Of a DNA stretch of 23,001 nt, positions 9,051-17,036 are shown in pieces. The stretch comes from Promethearchaeota archaeon (GTDB lineage Archaea; Asgardarchaeota; Lokiarchaeia; Sigyniarchaeales; SOKP01), in contig JAEOTA010000038.1 of the NCBI GenBank assembly GCA_016840085.1, positions 1 to 23,001 of the forward strand, in the 5' to 3' direction. The notes beneath the pieces are model-generated. The model was not told the DNA's origin, searched no databases, and was given only the letters and a program-made list of their open reading frames with translations. The position numbers and the translations under genes are program-made. How positions within the stretch are numbered: the first letter of the stretch is position 1; each line of letters starts with the position of its first letter.

Positions 9051-11519
9051 CTAACATTGATAATTATCCTCCTTAACTTTCCAATATAATTTTTCACCTA
9101 TTTCAGTAAGCCTAAAGGATCTTTTTTCAGGTTTTGTAAAATCATTTTCCATTAAGTATTTAGTTAATTTCTCAAAGCTAATTTTACTATATGAAGCATC
9201 TTGCATTATAACATTCTTAATAATTGTTGGTTTGTAAAACTTGAATTTTTCAGTACCTCTTTCTCGTTGTTTAAGATACATGCATAACCCGCAAACCTCA
9301 TATTTGTATGGTTCTAAATCGGGGAAATCACTGATCCATTGAATCATAGGTGTTTTTGGACGCTCTAAACTTGGTTGCGTGGAACTTTTCGGTTCAGATA
9401 AATCTTCTTCTATTATTTTTTCTACATAATCTGTGATCCGAGAAGGTTCAGATATAGGAGTTACTAGTGCGATCATTGGTTCTCTTTGTCCTATTCCCCG
9501 ATAAGTAAGATTTTTTATTTCCAATAAAAAACTTTCAATACTCTGACCTAAAATGCCATTTAGTAGTTTCTTAGCTAATATAATATCATTTTGAGGTTCA
9601 TCCCCCAATTTTTTACCTGAAACTTCTTCATAGAGAGCTAGTAGGTACAATATATTTTCTTGGGTTTGTGTTAAAGTTGGTCTTCTTATCCGAGTCGGAT
9701 AATTTCGTTCCAACTGCTTTATTTTTTGCTCTGCATTTGAATCAAGACCTCTGCCAGTTATTATGAAATATATAAAATCAGTGTATCCTTCTTTAAATAA
9801 TTGTAAAGAGGATTTTATCTTATCTAAATGAATGTATGCATTTTGCCCGTAAGTCTTAACTTGAAATTCTACATATCTACGATATTCTGCACCTAAATTT
9901 CCTAATATTTGAACATATACATCTGGTCTTCTTCTTTTCCCAGTTGAGGTTTTAATTATAGGATTGTTCTTAACATCTGTAATTGTGGGGGGATTTTCAA
10001 ACGTTAAGCATTTCCAAGCACTTTCAAGTCCCACTTCAACCGCTGAAGAACGAGCGGCGTTTGATCTAAATTTCAAAGGATCATCAAAATCTTCTCTGAT
10101 ATACTGCCAATCAAACCTTCTTAAATTATCAGGATCAAAACTACTTTTATCAAACTTTAGAACTTCTTGCATACATTCGAATTTAGATTCGAATTTTGGT
10201 ACATTTTTATTATATCTAAAAGTAATCCACATATCTCTGAGAAAGTGTATAGCTTCTCGAAGATCCCTCATTTTATAACGATATATGTATTCAAAAAGAT
10301 TTAACGAAAAAGGATAATTGGGTTCCAATATAAATCGTTCTGAAGAATAATTACTCCAGAATCTATTCATCCGATTAATAAAGACTTGTTTAACATCTTC
10401 AATGCTAAGTTGTTTTAAAGGTAAGGTATACATGAATTCAATTATCTGACTTTCAAGATCAGAATTTTTTTTGATTTCTTCATCAAATTTTGCCCAATCT
10501 GTAGTTGTTGAGATGAATACAAATAAAACATAATTTAATGATTCTCTTAATCTAATAAACAATAATCCTAAATTGTATAAATAATCCCTTGACAATTCAC
10601 GATCTATTTTTGCCGCTTCATCAATACCAATTAATAATAAAGGCTGTTTACCTGTTAGACACGCGTAATATCGCATTAACTTATCAAAATAATTTATTAA
10701 TTCATCATTACTCCTGAATAAGTTATTGCTAGCAGTTAAAATTAATTCTAAATAATCTTCAGGATCATCTTCATCTATAACTCTAAATAAATCTCTTATG
10801 AATCTATTATCTACCCTTTTTAATTCATAAATGTTCCCATATACCTCCGTTCTAAATTTCTCACGAAGTTCCAATTTTTTATCAGCATAATATTTCTGAA
10901 TAGCTTTAACAACAGTGCTCCCTTTATTAATCAATGGTCTTACTAAATCTTGAAGCTCAACATGATCAAGACGATTTGGTCTATTCTCAGGATCCCATAT
11001 GATTCCAGATAATACTTCTGGATCATTTAAGAACATTTTGTAAACAAACAAAATAGCAATATATTCTGGTAAACTTACGTCTAAACCAACTTCAACATCA
11101 AAGCCAGGTCTTAAACCGTCCATCATGGGAATCCATATATCTCTGAATTCAAGAATTTTATCAGGTTTTACAAAATAAGTTGAAAGAATATCAGTATTCC
11201 TTAAAATATATTGAGTTCTAGGGCTCTCGTCAACTCTTTCAGATTCAATAGATTCTTTTAGATAATTAAAAAGTGTCGACTTACCAACACCTCCTGGACC
11301 CTCTAATCGTACGGCACGGCTTAATCTATGATGAAATACAAGATTTAATTGTGATTTTAATTTTGCGAGTTCTTCCCTTCTACCAACAAAATCAGAAACA
11401 CGTTGATTTGGATTATATTGCGCTAATCCAAAAGGATTTAAATCAGTTTCGAATATAATTTTATTTAATCTGACACATTCTCTTCTTGTTGGCCATCTTA
11501 AATTTCTCTGAATATTCAT
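9051..11519 (-). CDS. AAA+ ATPase fused to an Mrr-like PD-(D/E)XK endonuclease domain and a C-terminal winged helix
   Basis: NPF..FVGRREEL pre-Walker segment, Walker A GPGGVGKS, Walker B LLIGIDE, sensor-like VFIST, helical lid YPF...DLREAI. Nuclease-like RPDVYV...VEFQVKTY...FIITGRG. wHTH-like tail FEKLTKYL...FRLTEIG. Confidence 0.8.
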   Translation of the reverse strand: MNIQRNLRWPTRRECVRLNKIIFETDLNPFGLAQYNPNQRVSDFVGRREELAKLKSQLNLVFHHRLSRAVRLEGPGGVGKSTLFNYLKESIESERVDESPRTQYILRNTDILSTYFVKPDKILEFRDIWIPMMDGLRPGFDVEVGLDVSLPEYIAILFVYKMFLNDPEVLSGIIWDPENRPNRLDHVELQDLVRPLINKGSTVVKAIQKYYADKKLELREKFRTEVYGNIYELKRVDNRFIRDLFRVIDEDDPEDYLELILTASNNLFRSNDELINYFDKLMRYYACLTGKQPLLLIGIDEAAKIDRELSRDYLYNLGLLFIRLRESLNYVLFVFISTTTDWAKFDEEIKKNSDLESQIIEFMYTLPLKQLSIEDVKQVFINRMNRFWSNYSSERFILEPNYPFSLNLFEYIYRYKMRDLREAIHFLRDMWITFRYNKNVPKFESKFECMQEVLKFDKSSFDPDNLRRFDWQYIREDFDDPLKFRSNAARSSAVEVGLESAWKCLTFENPPTITDVKNNPIIKTSTGKRRRPDVYVQILGNLGAEYRRYVEFQVKTYGQNAYIHLDKIKSSLQLFKEGYTDFIYFIITGRGLDSNAEQKIKQLERNYPTRIRRPTLTQTQENILYLLALYEEVSGKKLGDEPQNDIILAKKLLNGILGQSIESFLLEIKNLTYRGIGQREPMIALVTPISEPSRITDYVEKIIEEDLSEPKSSTQPSLERPKTPMIQWISDFPDLEPYKYEVCGLCMYLKQRERGTEKFKFYKPTIIKNVIMQDASYSKISFEKLTKYLMENDFTKPEKRSFRLTEIGEKLYWKVKEDNYQC

Positions 11520-11545
11520 ATTTTCTTACATTAAAATATGGTTTT

Positions 11546-12097
11546 TTACCTACGAATGATTCTCCCAATATTATCATGTATCTTTAGCTTAGAACCACCT
11601 TCTGATACATCAAAAAGTTCTTCATCAACTAGATCATCAATAGCTCTACCTAAATTTTCTAATGAAAGAGTTTTGAATTCTTTTATTCGATATATTTCAT
11701 CAATAGTTATTGATTTCCCTGGTTTAATCAAGGATATTATTTTATTCTTTAAGTTTTCATATTCTATGCCACTTATTCCTCTTTTTCCTGATTTCAATTG
11801 TGATATATTTAGTTCTACACTACTTATCTTATCCATGATAAATTTTACTTGCTTTTCAAGTAAATTAACTCTCTTTATTAATGCAGATTCTTTTATAGGG
11901 GGTTTTTTTTTAGCAGTTTTTTTTGGTTTGGAGTATTTATTGAACAATTCTTGTAATCTTTTGTCTACTATTCCTGAATTCATAATTTCTTTTATTTTAT
12001 CTGCTTTTAATCTACCTTTAAGTTTTAAATTGAATTCGTTAGCTAATTGGATCAATTGGCTAACTGTCAAATTATTAAGATCTACTATTGAAAACAC
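11546..12097 (-). CDS. Putative DNA-binding protein: N-terminal HeH/Rho_N(SAP)-like motif, coiled coil, C-terminal winged helix
   Basis: LNNLTVSQLIQLANEFNLKLKGRLKADKIKEI resembles the HeH/Rho_N pattern. Heptads at LIKRVNLLEKQVKFIMDKISSVELNISQL. wHTH-like ITIDEIY...LGRAIDDLVDEELF. GTG start, 26 nt gap to the ATPase. Confidence 0.65.
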   Translation of the reverse strand: MFSIVDLNNLTVSQLIQLANEFNLKLKGRLKADKIKEIMNSGIVDKRLQELFNKYSKPKKTAKKKPPIKESALIKRVNLLEKQVKFIMDKISSVELNISQLKSGKRGISGIEYENLKNKIISLIKPGKSITIDEIYRIKEFKTLSLENLGRAIDDLVDEELFDVSEGGSKLKIHDNIGRIIRR

Positions 12098-12252
12098 CTT
12101 TTAAATTAATGAAAATAGTATGTTAATTATCTTTTGATCTATTCAGATAATAAATATTTAACAGATATATAAAAAACTTTTACTTCTCCATAAAAGATTA
12201 ATAATAGAAAGAGAAATGATTAATTATATAATAAAAAAGAACAGTATTAAGC

Positions 12253-14025
12253 ATGGCAAATTTCCTTAGTAAACCTCCTGTATCGGCTACGAGTGGAGAG
12301 AGAGCGTTTTACAATCGAATTAAACATGTTTATCTCGGGGAAGATCACTTATTAGGATATTTTGAGCCGGATATTGGGGGGCTTCATCCTGATTTTGTTT
12401 TACTTTCTCCCAAATATGGAATAATAATTATAGAAATTAAGGATTATTCTGAGAAATATCTAAAAACAATATCCAAATCGGGGAAATGGGAGAGATTAAA
12501 GGATGATAAGGTAATCTTAATTGATAATCCATTTGATCAGGTATATCAGTATTGGAGAGTGATAAAAGACAGGATTGATTATTGTCATTTTCCTGAAAAT
12601 GTAGAAATTCCAATAGTTCGATTAGTAGCTTTTAATCAAATTTCACAGGAGGGATATATAGCTGAAGAACTTAGGAAAATTGTCCCAACAAAAATCCATC
12701 TATGTTTCAAGGAAACATTAAGTGATAATGAAAAATTTAAAGAATTTTTCTATGATATTATATCATCAAAATCCGAGTTAACCGCTGAATTTTTTAATGT
12801 TCTTCGATCAAATCTTATACCAACTTGTCGATTACCTACATTAAAACAAAAGGATCTACTAAAATATTTAACCCCTAAAGAGAAGATTAAACTATTAGAT
12901 CAAGAACAAGAAAAACTAGCAAGGGAATTAGGAGAGGGACATCGGCTAATCTTTGGAGTGGCTGGTAGTGGAAAAACAATCCTATTAATTGCCCGAGCTA
13001 GAATCCTTGCCAAACGTCATCCAAATTGGAAAATTTTAATTTTATGTTATAACAAATTGCTTAAAACACTACTTTTCAATTTGTTAAATCCTCAGGATTA
13101 TGAAGCTGATATTACAATTAGTACTTTTCATGGATGGGCACGTAATTACATTCTTAACCCTGATAATGAATTCTCTAAATTATACAAAGAAGCAGAGGAA
13201 AGAGCGGAGAAAGAAGATAAAATAACTGAATTCTTTCAAGATTTTGTACCAAATTTATTATTAAAAACGATTGATGCTTTAGGGAATGAGAAAATTACTT
13301 ATGATGCGATTTTAATAGATGAGGCACAAGATTTTGAAGAAAACTGGTTCTTACCTCTTGTTCAAACGTTAAATCCTGAAACAAATTCATTATTAATTAC
13401 TTGTGATGGACTTCAAGGAATTTATGCTAGAAAAAGATTTTATTGGTCGGATGTTGGGATACAAGCAAAAGGAAGAGTAAAAAGATTTTCAAAATCATAT
13501 AGAACACCGATTGAAATTGGCTATTTAGCCCAAGAAACTTTACCGATGAATATTAAAGAACTTATAGGTCAGTTTGATGAATTTATTTCAACAAAAGAAT
13601 TTCTTGGTGATCATGGAACTGTAGAAATTATCATATCAGAAACTCGAAAGGATGAATATAAAACAATAGTTGAAAAAATAGCCCGACTTCTAAAGAATCC
13701 TCAAAATATTTTAGTGTTATTCAGATACAATTTGGAGAAAATGAACTATGATCATCCTTTTTGTAAATGTCTTGAAGAGCATAATATTGAATGGAGAGAT
13801 TTACAAGACTATAATTATATGTCACCTGGATTATTGATTGGGACGCTTCACGGAACTAAAGGTTTAGAGTCCGATATTATAATTATTCCTGAGATAGATA
13901 AATACAAGAATAATGATGATCGCCAACTACTTTATGTTGGGATAACTCGCTCTCGTAAAAAACTAATTTTGAGTGCTAATAAATCAACAGAATTAATAAA
14001 ATCTTTAGAACCCTACCAAACTTAA
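12253..14025 (+). CDS. NERD-domain nuclease fused to a superfamily 1 (UvrD-like) helicase
   Basis: NERD: GERAF...PDFVLL...IIEIKD...NPFDQ. SF1 motifs: LDQEQ, GVAGSGKT, LCYNK, STFH, ILIDEAQD, DGLQ, SYRT, TLHGTKGLE, LYVGITRS. Confidence 0.9.
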   Translation: MANFLSKPPVSATSGERAFYNRIKHVYLGEDHLLGYFEPDIGGLHPDFVLLSPKYGIIIIEIKDYSEKYLKTISKSGKWERLKDDKVILIDNPFDQVYQYWRVIKDRIDYCHFPENVEIPIVRLVAFNQISQEGYIAEELRKIVPTKIHLCFKETLSDNEKFKEFFYDIISSKSELTAEFFNVLRSNLIPTCRLPTLKQKDLLKYLTPKEKIKLLDQEQEKLARELGEGHRLIFGVAGSGKTILLIARARILAKRHPNWKILILCYNKLLKTLLFNLLNPQDYEADITISTFHGWARNYILNPDNEFSKLYKEAEERAEKEDKITEFFQDFVPNLLLKTIDALGNEKITYDAILIDEAQDFEENWFLPLVQTLNPETNSLLITCDGLQGIYARKRFYWSDVGIQAKGRVKRFSKSYRTPIEIGYLAQETLPMNIKELIGQFDEFISTKEFLGDHGTVEIIISETRKDEYKTIVEKIARLLKNPQNILVLFRYNLEKMNYDHPFCKCLEEHNIEWRDLQDYNYMSPGLLIGTLHGTKGLESDIIIIPEIDKYKNNDDRQLLYVGITRSRKKLILSANKSTELIKSLEPYQT

Positions 14026-14321
14026 GAAGTAATTTGACAAATAGGGCAAAGATGAGAACTTATTAATATAAATCGATTTGAAGGCATAATTATATTTGAT
14101 TCGAAAAGTTCTCGGACTATTTCTTTATTCTCAGAATAATCTTTTAAAATAAATTCATTTGGCGAGAGTTCTACTGAATTATGCATTATAGAAAGCTCGG
14201 CTATTGGTGCGCCACCATGATCATAAATATATACTGCAAGTTGACCATTTGAATATTGTTTTGTATAAAGTTCTTTCTTGAATTTTGCTTTATTTTTTAT
14301 CATCTTTTTCATGAAACACAA
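14022..14321 (-). CDS. Hypothetical protein, DUF4313-like
   Basis: The pattern YSNGQLAV...GAPIAELSI...L..NEFILKDYSEN..V..L....II......CPIC resembles DUF4313-type proteins as recalled. Its stop overlaps the helicase stop (TTAA, 14022-14025). Confidence 0.5.
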   Translation of the reverse strand: MCFMKKMIKNKAKFKKELYTKQYSNGQLAVYIYDHGGAPIAELSIMHNSVELSPNEFILKDYSENKEIVRELFESNIIMPSNRFILISSHLCPICQITS

Positions 14322-14418
14322 TCATATCATTATTTATAAATAGAAAAAGAGTATTCAAAAAATGATTTTTCATTATACCTTGAATTCGATCAGAGTATAA
14401 TAATTATAATAATAACTA

Positions 14419-15102
14419 CTAACTCCTTAAATCAAAGGTATATTTACATTCAGGAAATCCAGAGCATCCAACAAATTTTCCATATTTTCCCTCTTTTACA
14501 AATAAAGCTTGTCCACATTCAGGGCAAAAAATATTTTCACGATCTTCAAATTCCGGATTAAATGCAAACCTACATTCTGGATAACTGCTACAGCCTAAGA
14601 AAAATCCATATTTACTTCTCCGCTTTACCAAATCCCTGCCGCATTTAGGACATTGAGGATATACCTGTTTTTTCCCAACTTCTTCTGCGGCATCCCCCCA
14701 ATCAAGTCTAAAATCACATTCAGGATGTCCTGTACAAGCTAAGTATTTTTCACTTTCAGTTTCATTTATTTTCATTTCTAAGACTTTCCCACATTTAGGA
14801 CAGAAAATATCGGGATGCTCTTTAAATTCAGGGTTATAAGCGAATTTACATTCCGGATACCCACTGCAACTTAAAAACCTTCCATATTGACTGCTGCGAA
14901 ATCGTAAATTTTTCCCGCAATCCGGACATTGTATACCAGTAGTTTCAACACTCAAATCATAAGTATATCTACACTCTGGAAAGTTAGTACACCCTAAGAA
15001 TTTACCATATTTACCTTCACGTTCTACTAAGTCGCTACCACATTTAGGGCACTTTTTCGGTACCTCAGATTCGTTTTCATTAGACTCCATAAGTAAATCC
15101 AA
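14419..15102 (-). CDS. Standalone topoisomerase DNA-binding C4 zinc-finger repeat protein (YrdD-like, 5 fingers)
   Basis: Five CPxCG..L....G.F..C..(F/Y/H)PEC repeats and no topoisomerase core. The likely start is ATG 15090. Confidence 0.9.
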   Translation of the reverse strand: MDLLMESNENESEVPKKCPKCGSDLVEREGKYGKFLGCTNFPECRYTYDLSVETTGIQCPDCGKNLRFRSSQYGRFLSCSGYPECKFAYNPEFKEHPDIFCPKCGKVLEMKINETESEKYLACTGHPECDFRLDWGDAAEEVGKKQVYPQCPKCGRDLVKRRSKYGFFLGCSSYPECRFAFNPEFEDRENIFCPECGQALFVKEGKYGKFVGCSGFPECKYTFDLRS

Positions 15103-15233
15103 TTTATCATAATTAAAAAATCTTAAATAAAATCAAGATAGTAAGAAGATTATCGAAAATCGGGAAGAAATTCGCGGGTATCTTTTTCAGAGTAAAAACT
15201 TCATTTATACTTTCCTTGAATTATAATTGAATA

Positions 15234-15695
15234 TTATTTTTTTTCCGTTTTCATTTTTAAACCACGCTTCATCATCAGTTCTAATACATATAATTGTTTT
15301 TCATTGAGTTTTTTTAATTCTGATATAAGATTGTTATCATGATATAATTTAATAAAAATATTTAGATGTTCAATAGCTAATCTATGATTATTTTTTTTTT
15401 TAAGATAATCGACTTCTGCTAGGATTCTACTTATAAGTTCCTTCAAAATAACAATTCTAATTTCCTGAGACAAACCTTCAATTATATTAGAAACCCTCTC
15501 AGCCCTGCCCGCAGTAATCCATGAGCTTATTGCTAAACGGAAAGCTTCATGAATAATTTCTTCATCTAATAACTCTAAGCTTGACCAGCGAGCTGCATTT
15601 TCATACATTCTAGCCACTTCTTCGTATTTACCTCTATTAAATAATCGGTTCCCCTCAATAATCATAGCTTCTGCATAAAGTTTTTCAATATTCAT
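15234..15695 (-). CDS. Hypothetical alpha-helical (TPR-like) protein
   Basis: GNRLFNRGKYEEVARMYENA resembles a TPR helix pair. 153-aa ORF. Confidence 0.55.
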   Translation of the reverse strand: MNIEKLYAEAMIIEGNRLFNRGKYEEVARMYENAARWSSLELLDEEIIHEAFRLAISSWITAGRAERVSNIIEGLSQEIRIVILKELISRILAEVDYLKKKNNHRLAIEHLNIFIKLYHDNNLISELKKLNEKQLYVLELMMKRGLKMKTEKK

Positions 15696-15970
15696 TTTAA
15701 CTTTCCTTTAATTATTTTCTAATTTTTTTTTTTAAACTTTTCTTGAACTATATTTTGGATCTTACCCTTAGGCTTATATAATTCCAATTTATCATAACTA
15801 AAAAATATAGGATAAAATTAAAGCAAGTTCAATCGTATCAAAATAAAAATTAATTCAATGTATTGAATTTTCAATTTCAAAATAACGATTTATAGTTAGT
15901 TTTCCCTTAGCTTGCTTTTTTTACTTTAACTCCTGCCGACACCCTTGATTTGAATCGATTATTATTAACA

Positions 15971-16015
15971 GATTCCCTTATAGATTCTTCTATAAACTAT
16001 CCTATAAAAGTTTTT
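15971..16015. repeat. Array of 3 imperfect 12-bp units (GATTCCCTTATA/GATTCTTCTATA/AACTATCCTATA) overlapping a minus-strand BRE-TATA-like element
   Basis: TATA cores at 15979, 15991 and 16003. The minus strand reads AAAAACTTTTATAGGATAGTTTATAGAAGAATCTATAAGGG. Confidence 0.6.
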
Positions 16016-16105
16016 GTAAAAAATCTCTAATAATCCTTTTTGATTGAAAACACATAAATTTGAAGGTGTTTATTTATTAATTATACCAAAAACGACATAA
16101 AAGAC

Positions 16106-16118
16106 AAAAACTTTTATT
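16106..16118 (+). promoter_or_regulatory. BRE-TATA-like promoter of the PAS gene
   Basis: AAAAACTTTTATT with the TATA-like core about 25 nt upstream of ATG 16139, consistent with a leaderless archaeal transcript. Confidence 0.5.
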
Positions 16119-16138
16119 AGCAATATTTGTGATATAAG

Positions 16139-16681
16139 ATGTCAAGAGTGAGAAGAAATGAAGAATTTACTACTAAATTAAAAGATAAAAATTTTCTCTA
16201 TTTTGCCGATAATTCTAGTTTGGGTGTAATATTAATACAAAGAGGATATTTGAAGTATTTCAATAGAAGATTTGCAGGAATATTTAGATATACTGAAGAT
16301 GAGATACAACAGTGGAAAAAGCGAGAATTTTATAGAATCGTTCATCCTGATGATTTACCAAATCTGTTACATAATTTTAAAATTGAAGATAACAACACTG
16401 TATCAATCCGATTTAGAGGGATAACGAAAGATAAGAAAGTATTTGAGTTAGAAAACTACATATGTGTAATTAAATTTAACAATAAAAACGCTTATCTCTC
16501 AAGTTATGTACCTTTAGAAGAAACTTATGAAGAGAAAGAAATTTATGTTCCCAAATTGATAAGAATTAAAAATGAAAAACTTATAATTTTAGATTATCAT
16601 CCAGATACAATTGAACTCTTAAAGCGTAATAACTTAAAGTTTGAGATTTTTGATCATTGTTCATACCGAGAAGAAGATTAA
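16139..16681 (+). CDS. Standalone PAS-domain protein
   Basis: GVILIQRGYLKYFNRRFAGIFRYTEDEI...IVHPDD...FRGITKDK is a PAS signature. No kinase domain follows. Confidence 0.82.
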   Translation: MSRVRRNEEFTTKLKDKNFLYFADNSSLGVILIQRGYLKYFNRRFAGIFRYTEDEIQQWKKREFYRIVHPDDLPNLLHNFKIEDNNTVSIRFRGITKDKKVFELENYICVIKFNNKNAYLSSYVPLEETYEEKEIYVPKLIRIKNEKLIILDYHPDTIELLKRNNLKFEIFDHCSYREED

Positions 16682-16695
16682 TCTTCTTTTTCTTT

Positions 16696-16854
16696 TTATT
16701 CTTCTGAAACTTCTTCAAAATGGATATTATACATTTTTTCAGGATCAATAACCTTATATTGAATTAGTTTTCTTGGAATAATAAGAACATAATCAGGCCC
16801 CATAGAAGCTAGTTTTTTGTTTTCTAATGTAAAAATCTTCTTCTTTTTATTCAT
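16696..16854 (-). CDS. Small AbrB/MazE/SpoVT-like (swapped-hairpin) DNA-binding protein, absent from the ORF track
   Basis: Manual translation: MNKKKKIFTLENKKLASMGPDYVLIIPRKLIQYKVIDPEKMYNIHFEEVSEE* (52 aa). K..xMG..hhhhIP+.h....h is the AbrB-type pattern. A TTTAAA TATA-like box lies upstream at about 16908-16913. Confidence 0.72.
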   Translation of the reverse strand: MNKKKKIFTLENKKLASMGPDYVLIIPRKLIQYKVIDPEKMYNIHFEEVSEE

Positions 16855-16925
16855 ATTTTTAACCATTAAAAATTGTTTTAAATGTTTTTTATTATGTTTT
16901 ATAGATCTTTAAATTTTCTTGTTAG

Positions 16926-16976
16926 AAAAAACCTTATATGATTCTATAGGGTGCTCTATAAGGATTCCTATAAGAA
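16926..16976. repeat. Array of 4 YYTATA(RR) units upstream of the AbrB-like gene
   Basis: AAAAAACCTTATA-TGATTCTATA-GGGTGCTCTATA-AGGATTCCTATA-AG. TATA cores at 16935, 16945, 16957 and 16969. Confidence 0.6.
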
Positions 16977-17036
16977 ACCAAAAAATAATCAAAATTATCA
17001 ATTAAAGTCTTACAAAGTTCAGAATCATAAAGATTA

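Noticed and set aside
9964-11458. ORFs 9964..10278(+) and 11273..11458(+)
   Set aside because: Antisense shadows inside the ATPase-nuclease gene.
9051-11519. Orc1/Cdc6 initiator with an adjacent replication origin
   Set aside because: It is about twice the usual length, carries a nuclease-like domain, and I see no ORB-like G-string repeats in the flanks.
11538-12104. 188-aa plus-strand ORF
   Set aside because: Antisense shadow of 11546..12097. It has Phe/Ser/Ile-rich composition and no motifs.
15971-16976. CRISPR array or IS ends
   Set aside because: The units are only about 12 bp and degenerate, with no spacers. There is no cas or transposase gene and no clear target-site duplication.
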